Assembly: GCF_001194135.2 (NCBI RefSeq)
Contig: NC_068985.1
Span: forward strand, 26,347,604-26,402,149
Direction: 5' to 3'
Source: Octopus bimaculoides
Lineage: Eukaryota
Length of the DNA: 54,546 bases
The notes beneath the pieces were generated by a model. The model searched no databases. It saw only the letters and a list, made by a program, of their open reading frames with translations, and was not told the origin of the DNA. The translations under genes and the position numbers were made by a program. Below, in pieces: positions 1 to 34,696 of this stretch. Position 1 is the first letter of the stretch. Every line of letters begins with the position of its first letter.

Positions 1-860
1 ATATATATAGTGAAAAATGGAAAGTTCTGTATACACGTGGAATAGGTATATAAGAAAGAAATGTAAAAGTCACAGAAAGTTTGTATAATAAAGTTTATGG
101 TGATATTAGGATCATATTACATCATTAGAAATTAATAAGTACCGGTTTCACGATCAAACGATTGTCAACTTATATAGAGAAAACGTTTTTGCTGTCAATA
201 GGACGCCATCTTTGAAAACAAGTTTTTTTTCAAAGATGGCGTCCTTGCCCGAACTTGTGCCTCGGAGGGTAACTTTCTAGGTGCAACCGAATGGTCATTC
301 GTGACCAAAAGGAGTCTTTACTTTTTGCTCTTTATGTATGATAAGATTTTTGGCTGTCGTCCAAATAAAGTTGGTTTCACTCGATTTGCGATAACAGATT
401 CACTGTTCTATTTGATGGTGGCATACTTGGGTGTTTGGCATTCTTTATAAGCATCAGGTTAAGGTGATTGTAGAGATTCTGTCCTTGACTAGTCAGATGA
501 TGCTGCGAGGCAGTAATTAATTTATGTTACGATTGAAAGGCAACTACATGTTCACGAAATGTAGAATTAAATGTTCGCGAAAACGATGCCCATACAGGAA
601 CGGGCTTGCTTGAGTAATTAGAGATACATTGAGGTGACGACTAATTCCATTAGTTGTGATGCAAATTTTTATCCTTAGTAATAGTAGCTGATGTACTGAA
701 CCTGGAAATCTATTGATAGACAAATGTTTTAGTTACGGCTTCAGCAGTGATTTCGCTGAGTGGAATCGCTCCTGGTCGATACATTTAAGAAGATAAGAAT
801 ATCCTTGAGAAATTAGTGTAGTGAAACCTCTCTCTCCAGTATTCATTTACGAATGATAAC

Positions 861-1732
861 GTAGCGGCTAACATCTAGCTTTCGGCTGCTTGGACCCTTG
901 TGTCCACCACCCTGATTGGCTCTTATTTGCGCGGCATTTGTCAACAGTTCTGTTTCGCGCCAGGGTGCATACCGTCCAATCGTGGCCTTCTAATAAGGTC
1001 ACGCAAGAGAGTGTTTTCTGCCTGTTTCCGGTGAGCCCTTTTTCATCTATAAATAAGCCTGCTTCAACCACGCCAGTTTGTCTTCGATTTCGGACCCTTA
1101 CAGGTCTGGTCGTTGACCATCTCACAGAACACAGCTCCAGCCAGTTTCCATCGACGACGTCAACACCACCGATCTACTGTCTACTACAGATCCGTCGCCA
1201 GCGTACACACTACCAACAGCAAACGCGGTTTCATCTCAACACTGTTTGTGTGGATTGTCTCCACCTCGAAAATAACAGCCAGAACAACCTGCGAGAATCT
1301 TCTTTACCAAGTAACCGGTCGCAGCATTGACGCTCAACTTCACACACAACATGTGACACGACAGATCTGCTCTTCGGTCACAACTTCTTGCGTACGAACA
1401 TTCTATCTACTGTGAAACTCTTCTATGAACTAGTACTTTCTTATTTTGTGTTCAGGACTCTTATAGTCTTTGTTACAGACACTTATTCTATGTTCTGTAT
1501 TTCTCAGTCACACATACACACATATTATTGTACACACACTCTTGTACACGAAGGCCTGTCATATGTATTGTATTGTGTTATTTATATTGCCACATTCACG
1601 CACATACAGACACGCAGTTCACTATGTTAATAAACCTACTCTTTATATATATCTAACGGTTGTCTCTGTCACTCTCTCTTTCCTTTGCTGGCACTTGCTC
1701 GCATCTCACATTGCGAGCCCTTCATATGTTAC
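861..1732 (+). mobile_element. Putative solo LTR
   Basis: Flanked by direct repeat ATAAC (856-860 and 1733-1737); termini GTAGC...GTTAC; internal TATAAATA near 1048 and AATAAA near 1629. Confidence 0.5.
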
Positions 1733-2439
1733 ATAACATGTTTTTGTAGCGACCGTGCGACGCGTTAAAAGGAGCCTTCTCCCGTTCGTCGCCATCTCCT
1801 TTGGTTCGCACGGTCGTTCTTTACAGTAGAAAAGATGCTACGATGTTGATGAAATATGCACGATCTCAAATGTTCTGGAGACTGATTTCACATGACGCTA
1901 TTATTTCGCTTTCTGGAAGTCGATGCAGCTCCTGGCCGACTCGCAAATGCTTTTCAAATTAATCGAGCTAGTATCAACGTTAGCGAAGAGGTAATTCCAG
2001 GGTGTGATGGTGTGATAAGCAATGTAATTAAAAAAAACAACAAAAAAACAGGTCAGCGTTTATGCTTTTGTAGAACATATGGATGTTCTTGTTCATTATT
2101 GGCGATATCCTTCCAAATAGAACCAGCAGATAAAAAGAAAGAAATCATAATGGAGATGATAAATTTCAAACACTTTATCTTTAGTCGTAGTCTTCCTGGT
2201 TTGCGGTGATAATGTTCCACAGAGGTAGAGCATATCGTTCATTGACATGAACACTAGTCGCGATGTTATCTCTATCTTTCATATAACATATATCACTCGT
2301 GTACTGATAAATGAAATCCAGATGGCCAGTTTCTCATGGAGAATGTCGATCGAACTAAAAAAGGGCACGTGTGAGTGGTTTATGCTTAGTACACACGCGC
2401 ATGCGCACACATACATATATACAGTAGCCAACCTTCAAG

Positions 2440-2995
2440 TAGTCGGAAATATTTAACTACCAAGTTAACTGGCAATGTCAATATGGGGCTATAGAATAGT
2501 TCATCTGACAAGTAACATATTCCTTCTTTGACGGTGGAACGAATTCCAAGAAAAATGAAGGTAGTGGAATCGCTAGCTGCAGGATGATAAACAATCGCAC
2601 GCATTCGCTTACAGCCAAGAAAACCTGTTAGTTCGTTAAAGAGCTGAGATCTGTTGTCCCCAGTCTGTGCGATAGTAGCAGGCATGCCATAATGTGCTAT
2701 CTAATGTTGAACGAGAGCCTTAACATTAGACTCCTCCAGAAATTTCGGTCAACGCAGGTTAATAAGTGCATACAATTCAGGAGAGAGAGTAGTTCCACAA
2801 TATTGATGAACAAGAGCTAAAAATGTGCAACAAGTGTCGAGGTGCTCAGAGGTATTTTAAGGTAGCGATGAATCTTAGCCTTCTGACGTGCGACGAAATT
2901 CCTGGCTCATATCTGGCTGTTTTTGTTGATACAACCAAACAAAATTGATAGATATCAACTTCTGGGTGAAGATGGCACTAGGGTGCGATAAATTG
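2440..2995 (-). mobile_element. Degenerate Gypsy/Ty3 integrase fragment
   Basis: Broken translation gives LHNLSHP (zinc-binding HHCC region), INIVEL...LLTCVDR, GMPATI...SQLFNELTGFLGCKRMRAIVYHPAA and FLGIRSTVKE...LTLP, with stops, frameshifts and a deletion around the catalytic Glu. Confidence 0.85.
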
Positions 2996-3239
2996 TGCAA
3001 AACATTAAAAAAATAAAACAACAAACAAACAAACAAAAGAAAAAAAAAAACACGACATCTATGATTCTGAGTATGTTTATGACTGGCAGATGTGTCGCAC
3101 CAAATATGTCCCGGAGAAGAAGGTAAAGGAATAAGCCGAAATTTTAAAGAATTTCATAGTGTGAGAAATTCATCCTTTACTTGATCTGTAGCGAGCTATT
3201 GCTGATCGATGGGTGCAGAAGAGTGCGGTGCATTAAAAA

Positions 3240-3590
3240 AGAAGTCGAAATGAGCATCAGCCGCAGAGTTGTCCGAATCCTTAATGCAGCGAATATCGGA
3301 CGTCAATTGTGATATGTAGATGCATTGGTGTATTTCTCTAGATGAATAGTGACCAGGCTTGTGGTTGAAAGCATGGAGACTTTTGATCAGAGTAGATACA
3401 GAACACAAAAATATCTTCCGACATGTACTGGAAATATTTGATACTGCGATAGGCAATTGACAGTTCTCTCCCAATGTATTGAGTTTTGTTTCAACCAGGC
3501 TAAGACGCTTTGAGAAGAAAGTATTTGTTAAATACTGTTGGTACATTATTAAGGAACGTCACCAGCACCGTCGTCTGACGCATCGACTAA
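3240..3590 (-). mobile_element. Degenerate Gypsy RNase H fragment
   Basis: Broken translation gives DASDDGAG, FFSKRLSLVET and HAFNHKPGHYSSREIH...YISQLTSDIRCIKDSDNSAADA, matching the RNase H of Gypsy pol. Confidence 0.85.
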
Positions 3591-3601
3591 ACAATATGAC
3601 G

Positions 3602-4274
3602 TGTCGGGGTTTGGATGGACTGTCGTGAGGATTGCTTGCTCACTCTTGTTATGGTGGTGTAGCGAACTCTAGTGAACTTCCTCTCTCTATTATACATACG
3701 AACGTAGCAGGTAACAGCTAACCTTTGGGCGCTGTTTCGGACTCCGTTGTATCTACCACTCTTATTGGTTGGTATTAGCACAATTTGTCTCTTACTCTAT
3801 CGCGCGCCAACATGCAACCTAACAAATCGCAGCCTCCAAATAAATCACGTGAGAAGTCTGTTCTAAATTCCATTTGAGCCTTCCGTTAGCTATAAAAACT
3901 CATCTCCTTCTAGTCTCGGGGTCTGTTGGTTCCAGACCCTCTAAGGTCTGACCACTGACTACATTACAGCGACCTCCATCTTCGTCGCCACCATAATGTC
4001 TCTCACCAACGTCATCAACAACATCTCTACACAACACCGACAACACTGTACAGGTTCTAACATATCGCTATTCGTGAGCTTCCTCACCAAGGTTAACAGC
4101 AAACATACAACCCATGCTGATGCATGTAGATATATGAATAAATGTCCATCAACCACTTCCATTTATCATTCAGCTTGTGTATATATATACGTGTGGCCGG
4201 CATTAAAGACATTTAAAGTTACCACCTTGTTCCATGTATTTCTTTATACCGTGTTCCTATCAAATGATATTACA
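3602..4274 (+). mobile_element. LTR-like segment interrupting the Gypsy remnants
   Basis: Begins TGTCGG and ends ATTACA; TATAAAA near 3891 and AATAAA near 4137. No clear target-site duplication. Confidence 0.4.
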
Positions 4275-4432
4275 GCCTTCTGAGCAGAGTTACATTAGAT
4301 GGAATACAACCTATCCAACTATAGTGGTCTAGCTTGCTACGTGTAATAGTTGTATACAATTCAGAAGAGAGTGGTTCCATAATATTGCTAAACAAGGGCT
4401 ATAAACGTGCATCAAATGTCGAGGTGCTCACA
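4275..4432 (-). mobile_element. Second degenerate Gypsy integrase fragment
   Basis: About 90 bp resembles 2760-2850 and translates to a decayed DARF..NIMEPL motif at the integrase core start. Confidence 0.6.
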
Positions 4433-4518
4433 ATGCAACTCACGAACTTTTAACTTTCAACAGATTTATTTACTGATAATATAACCGCCGACTGGAAGGA
4501 GAGAACTAGACTGTGTCT

Positions 4519-4777
4519 TGTAGAACGCTAGCTGTGGTACATTGTGTGTGGGTGTCCGACGTTGTCTCTTATTCGAGGTGATCTGTCCGAGTGCCCTACA
4601 TGGTCTGGTCTTAGTGGTTTGCCTTCTGTGAGTGCCCAAGGTGATTTACGCGAATGTCCGAGGCCGTCAGATTTTAACGATCTGCCTAGGCTGTATGGCT
4701 GAGTTAAGCGCAAAAAAAGTTTTTATAGGGTGAAAGAGGCGAATTTTTGATCATCCGAAGAGTCATATCATGTCACA
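4519..4777 (-). mobile_element. Short LTR-like element
   Basis: TGT...ACA termini, minus-strand TATAAAA near 4723-4729 and an imperfect 4-bp flank repeat (GTCT/GTTT). Confidence 0.35.
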
Positions 4778-4816
4778 GTTTTACGCTGATTTATCGATTT
4801 ATAGATCAATTTCGAG

Positions 4817-4986
4817 CACTAGCGTAGCTAGAGGAGGACGGAGGGGGCGGTCCTCCCCGGGCGGCACTCTTATGGGGGTGCCACTATTTCTAGGTTTTTT
4901 GTAAGCAATATGTATTTTTTGTGAGGGCCTGGGGGAGAAAAGTTGAAGGGCCATCCCGGGTGGCACACATTCTAGCTACACTAATG
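4817..4986. mobile_element. MITE, hAT-like termini
   Basis: 16-bp terminal inverted repeat CACTAGCGTAGCTAGA / TCTAGCTACACTAATG with 2 mismatches. Confidence 0.5.
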
Positions 4987-6551
4987 ATTGCATGAAACTG
5001 TGGTAGCTTCCTCGTGATCCCTTACTGAATATCTTGCAGTTAGGGTTCAAATCCTTACAGGACCAACACAAAATCTTTGGCTTAGACATTCTTAATTTTA
5101 AGAAAAACAGCAGGTTGTGAGTACAACCAAAAGTGATGAGCTCGTTATTTCAAGTTTTATCGTGAAAGATGCTTGTGAAGGGTTGAAGTTCTGCACAGAG
5201 ACAATTAAAAGTCCTTTAATTTCTGCAAAGAAGGAAAGTTCGAAGCAGACTTGATTATTATCATCGGCTGCGCGAATTTCATGTTCATCGATGAAATGTC
5301 CCAGAAAAGAAAAGAAATAAACAAGTACCCTTTTCCCTGCCAAATACTTAAGTTAATAACCAACAGATCATATAAGCATAAACGAATGGTAAACCACAAA
5401 TTACAGAAGTGATAAACTGTTAGGACATCATGTTGCATTTCTCAAACCAAATTGTATTCGAAGAAGCTCAAAGAAACCTAAAAGGGTTGTGATTGATTGC
5501 AGTTTTAATAGGTATTTAATTGTAAACATGGACAGGACTAATTTCAGAAAATATCTTAGCACCATGACGAGACGAAGAGAAGTTCTGTAAATGGGGTTTA
5601 AAGTATTTACTGGGTATATAGTATAGGAACGTTAGTGATTGAATCAACCAGTCTGTTGTGGTTGACATCCGTTAAAAAGCTGAATTTTTTTAAAACCCAG
5701 CCCCTAGAAGTGGAGTTGGCAATTTAGCTACGACAAAAACTCATTTAAAATTTTGTTGAAGACTGAAATCAAGTGTAGCAGATTTCTTGCAGTGAGTGGA
5801 GATTGGCGAATGGGTTATAGCTTGTAGAAGAATAGGTGTACATTTCTTGTTACCTGATACCAGAGCAGGTAGTAGAGCGTTTAGCTGTGCTGCAGTGCTT
5901 ACAAGAAAACAAATGCTAGTAAGCTCGGTGAGTGATAGAAAAGAGGAGATGAGGTGTACACGTTCCAAATAAAATTGCTGTGGTTAATCCTTGGAAGAAC
6001 CGATAAATGCTGCGGCGCGACGTCCTCTGTGCACTCAAGGTCTGCAACTGTACCGTAAATGCTTTTATGCAGAAGTCATTGACCTTAAATTGAGCTCGAG
6101 TGGCTACCATTTTAATGTTGGGGGAAGAAAAGAAAAGGAAAAAGATGCTAGTAGAAGCAAAAAGGAAGACTTAGGATGCCTGACGTCGAATCACCAGTAA
6201 AACGTAGATGGAGTAAGAAAAAGTGAAAGAATCAAGTTATTGATGTTTGACCATAAACTGGCACGCTGGGGAATATCGAAATCGCTGTTCAGAGCTCAAG
6301 CGTAAATTATTCCCTACGTCGGTATGGTCACCAGAATAAACGTTTAACTTTTAACGGAAAGTGAGGTTGAACTTTCAAAGCCATATCTCCTAAAGTTGGT
6401 GATGAAATACAAATTATAAAATGTCCTTACGAGTCCAGAAGAGACTAAAGAGGACAGAAGGCAACTTTTTCTTAAGGGTATCAATGATATACAACCCAAT
6501 GAGGTCGCATGCATCAGCGATGTCGTAGGCCCTCATTGCTACATCAATTAT

Positions 6552-6555
<4 letters not shown>

Positions 6556-6592
<37 letters not shown>

Positions 6593-7090
6593 TGTCTTTG
6601 CACAGCTTCTAACGCTGGAGATGTATTACAGTACCAGCTGTTCACTACAAGTGAACTAAGGTAACACCCCTTATTTTTCGAGTACCATCCGGAGTATTCA
6701 AGTGGTTCCAAGCCGTGCTGTTTTCTGCAAGTGCTCTACCCTTATTGCAGCCCCTATTTGTTCCATGTACTTCTCAAGATTTTTACTCACTGTTCCCAGG
6801 GCTCCGACATTTATTAGTATTACTACCACCTTTTTCATCGACCGCAACTACTTAAAGCTCCCACGCCAACTTGTCATATCTATCGACTTTTCTTTCTTCC
6901 TTATTGCATGCCTTGTTGTCAACTGGGCATGCTATATCTATGGTCCAGCATCGTTTGCTTTCTTCCTCAATTAACACTATGTCTGGCTTCCGATTCACTA
7001 TCTCATGGTCACACTGAATCATAAAACCCCATAGGATATTTGCACTATCATTTTCGATGATGCCTTCGGAGTTATGTTCGTATTATTATT
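6556..7090 (-). mobile_element. 5'-truncated R4/Dong-clade non-LTR retrotransposon (restriction-like endonuclease domain, 3' UTR and (TAA)n tail)
   Basis: Translation YEHNSEGIIENDSANILWGFMIQCDHEIVNRKPDIVL...IDIACP...KEERKVDRY...LQKTARLGT..ILRMVLEK* (stop at 6671) with internal stops and a frameshift; (TAA)n on both sides. Confidence 0.85.
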
Positions 7091-7108
7091 TACATATATA
7101 TGTATGTA

Positions 7109-7167
<59 letters not shown>

Positions 7168-7215
7168 GTTCATACTATACACACAGATACACACACACAC
7201 ACATACACACGCATG

Positions 7216-7460
7216 TATTAAAAGTGGGGAAGGCCGGTTTATGGGATTACCCTGGGTTTCCTGTCCATAAAGGGTTCAACTTTATGGCATATCGTTAGAC
7301 CCCAAAACTTGTTGGCCTAAGATCTCTTCAAATATCTGAATATTTTGAAGGGGTCTTAGGCCAACAAGTTTTGCTGTCTGACGATACGCCATAAAGCTAA
7401 ACCCTTTAGGGACGGGAAACCCAGGATGATCCCATAAACCGGCCTTCCATACTTTTAATA
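7216..7460. repeat. Fold-back inverted repeat (about 120-bp arms) carrying two hammerhead-like motifs
   Basis: Arms are reverse complements around about 7338; motifs at 7243-7303 (-) and 7373-7433 (+). Confidence 0.75.
7243..7303 (-). ncRNA. Degenerate type I hammerhead-like motif
   Basis: Reads GGGGT CTAACGA ta TG-CCATAAAG..CTTTATGG-A-CA g GAAA CCC A GGG TA ATCCC. All three stems and the GUA triplet are present, but core G5 is changed to A. Confidence 0.55.
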
Positions 7461-7673
7461 TATACTGCTCTACATCTTAGAGTGTGTTTCTCCGGATTTA
7501 TGTTTTCTACAAACGATATATATATATATTTACATAAATATTCATACTACATATATTTATATATTTACACACATACATATTGAGTATGAACACATGATGC
7601 TGACATTTTAAACTTCGGCCAAAGCGTAGTCGGATCTAATGTTTCATTGAGTCAGGTCATATGAAACAAAATC

Positions 7674-7791
7674 GGGCGAAAGTAAAGAATACGTACATTC
7701 GGTGTTTAAGGTTTGGGGTTAGAATTAGGGTTAAGGTTAGGGCTTTTGTTACGCCGAAAACGGGTGGTGTACGTATTCTTTAGCTCCGCCC
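7674..7791. mobile_element. Small inverted-repeat element with TTAGGG-like core
   Basis: 24-bp inverted repeat at 7674-7697 / 7768-7791 (3 mismatches); internal TTAGGGTTAAGGTTAGGG; related copy at 44849-44927. Confidence 0.65.
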
Positions 7792-8223
7792 AAAATAGAT
7801 TCTAGCATAGTTTGAAATCAGAATATGAAGGGATGTTATTAATTAATGCCCTATGAATTTTATCTAAGTCTCTGCAGGTTTTGATATCGAACTGCCTTTT
7901 ATGTGTGCAAATATTAACGTGCATATACACACACATACTTGCTAATATGTATTTACTTATATTTGAATAATTCTTCTTTTTTTCTTTCTCTATATTTATA
8001 ATTATTATCTATTTTATTTTGAAAAATAAAAATTTATAAATAATTAAATGAATAATAAAGATTAGCGGTATATATTTTTTTTTATCTCTAACGAAACGAT
8101 CTTTGTAACTTTTAAATCTTTTAATCACGTTACTTTACATTCTTTTCCTTTTTAATACTCCTTTCTTTTTTTTTTTTTTTAAATTTGTTTATTTCGGTCT
8201 TGAGACGACACTTTACCAACCCT

Positions 8224-8332
8224 CTTCCGGTTTGAAACTTGATCTCCTGAGTGTAATTGTTATCGGTTTATACTGGTTACCGGGCGACCGTCCATATATA
8301 ACCTGATTGTTTAGATGTTATTTTAGTCAGTT
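8224..8332 (+). promoter_or_regulatory. Putative cathepsin D core promoter (ETS-like site, TATA, Inr)
   Basis: CTTCCGG near 8224, TATATAA at 8295-8301 and TCAGTT Inr at 8327-8332. TATA-Inr spacing is about 30 nt and the ATG lies 30 nt downstream. Confidence 0.5.
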
Positions 8333-8358
8333 GATTTGAGGTTCACCCGATTGTCAAC

Positions 8359-32597
<24,239 letters not shown>

Positions 32598-32926
32598 ATC
32601 AAAAATATTTTATATACATACAATATTAAAGCAAAATCCCTGCTATTCCTTTTTCCTGTAAAAAGAAAGCATTTTCACCACCTGCTATTTGTGCCTCTTT
32701 TTTTATTTTTCTAATGATAGAATAAAAATGTCTTTATTTCATAAAAATTGTGTTTTTTTCTTTGATACATTTAATGATGCATGCATGTACACACAAAAAT
32801 CACAAATAACTAGAGCTGAGTATAGCTACAGTCTAGTGCCTGAAACAAATGAGATACAAATTAAAGTTTGTTTCACATCTGTTGCTTTGACTTTTTAAAT
32901 TGGTCTTAATTATAGCCTGTGGAGGC

Positions 32927-33181
32927 GCAATGGGCAGCGGACTCGCGGTCATAGGATTGCGGTTTCGATTCCCAGACCGGGCGTTGTGAGTGTTTATTGA
33001 GCGAAAACACCTAAAGTTCTACGAGGCTCAGGCAGGGGATGGTGGCGAACTCTGCTGTACTCTTTCACCACAACTTTCTCTCACTCTTTTTTCCTGTTTC
33101 TGTTGTGCCTGTAATTCAAAGGGTCAGCCTTGTCACACTCTGTGTCACACTGAATATCCCCAAGAACTACGTTAAGAGTAC
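32927..33181 (+). mobile_element. tRNA-derived SINE (truncated by N gap)
   Basis: GGAGGCGCAATGG head, B-box-like GGTTTCGATTCCC and a SINE-like body. Confidence 0.65.
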
Positions 33182-33340
33182 NNNNNNNNNNNNNNNNNNN
33201 NNNNNNNNNNNNNNNNNNNNNNNNNNNNNNNNNNNNNNNNNNNNNNNNNNNNNNNNNNNNNNNNNNNNNNNNNNNNNNNNNNNNNNNNNNNNNNNNNNNN
33301 NNNNNNNNNNNNNNNNNNNNNNNNNNNNNNNNNNNNNNNN
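33182..33340. other. Assembly gap
   Basis: N run. Confidence 1.
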
Positions 33341-33629
33341 NAAAAAAAAAAAAAAAAAAAAAGCACTTTGGAACAAAAGTCACATTCTTAAAGGGTTCAG
33401 TTAATTTTAGTTTTTGCTATTTGCTTTTAACCAACAGGATTTCAAATTTTGGCACAATGCCAGTAATTTCAGGGAGAGGCTATGTCAATTAAATCGACCC
33501 CAGTGCTCAACTGGTATTTTATTGACCCTGGAAGGATGAAAGAGTCAACTTTGGAATTTGAACTCAGAACATAAGGAGGGATGAAATGCCCTTAAGCATT
33601 TTGCCCAGCATGCCACCTTTTAACCAACA

Positions 33630-34065
33630 TACAGATGAATACTCTTTTACTTGTTTCAGTCATTTGACTGTGGCCATGCTGGAGCACCGCCTTTAGTCAA
33701 GCAAATCGACCCCAGGACTTATTCTTTGGAAGCCTAGTACTTATTCTATCGGTCTCTTTTGCCGAACCGCTAAGTTACGGGGACGTAAGCACACCAGCAT
33801 TGGTTGTCAAGTGATGTTGGGGGACAAACATAGACACAAACATATCATCATCATCATCGTTTAACGTCCGCTTTCCATGCTAGCATGGGTTGGACGACTT
33901 GACTGGGGACTGGTGAAACCGGATGGCAACACCAGGCTCCAATCTAAATTTGGCAGAGTTTCTACAGCTGGATGCCCTTCCTAACGCCAACCACTCAGAG
34001 AGTGTAGTAGGTGCTTTTACGTGTCACCCACACGAAGGCCAGTCAGGCGATACTAGCAACGGCCA

Positions 34066-34097
<32 letters not shown>

Positions 34098-34259
34098 GAC
34101 GGGCTTCTTTCAGTTTCCGTCTACCAAATCCACTCACAAGGCTTTGGTTGACCCAAGGCTATAGTAGAAGACACTTGCCCAAGGTGCCACGCAGTGGGAC
34201 TGAAACAAGTACTATGTGGTTCGTAAGCAAGCTACTTACCACACAGCCACTCCTACGTA
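33630..34259 (-). mobile_element. Family A SINE interrupted by a family B repeat (about 33844-34063)
   Basis: The SINE A tail (33630-33843) and head (34064-34259) are separated by an (ATG)n-tailed repeat inserted in the central microsatellite. Confidence 0.8.
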
Positions 34260-34589
34260 CAAGATTTTGTAATGAAATTGAAAACTATTGTAATACTGTT
34301 TGCTTTCATTCCATCTGCTGCATATTGGCAACAATACATAAACTATAAAAGAAGAATGGTAAATGATTCTAAGATGCAATTCAAAATGGAAAATTGGTTG
34401 ATCCTAAATATAATTGGTAGCAAAGCAAAGAACTGCTACTGGAAGAGGCAACATTATTAACTCTGAGACTTGATAGGCTTGTAACATTTTTTTTAATCCA
34501 AAAGTATGACTAGTCAGTTTATACATTCGAATCCTTATTTTGTTTTTATTTTACAATTACACTAAAAATGAAGGAATCCTCTGGTAATT

Positions 34590-34696
34590 TTATAGATCCG
34601 GCTGTTTGAGTCGACTGGCACGCTCATCATTTTTGACAAACTCTTTCAATAATTGCATAATTTCATTGTTGAACTGATCAGGAGTAGGTTTTGTTC
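34590..34696 (-). CDS. SDHAF2: SDHAF2 exon 4 (terminal)
   Basis: Translates as [34 protein letters not shown]; minus-strand AATAAA at 34545-34550. Confidence 0.92.

Noticed and set aside
890-1330. 146-aa ORF
   Set aside because: It lies inside the LTR-like element, has low-complexity composition and shows no recognisable motif.
5040-6500. Possible old LINE coding remnant
   Set aside because: Composition is suggestive, but no diagnostic RT or endonuclease motif could be read.
8120-8135. CLEAR/TFEB site in the cathepsin D promoter
   Set aside because: Only ATCACGTT is present, not the GTCACGTGAC consensus. The better TCACGTGA near 3846 is far upstream inside an LTR-like segment.
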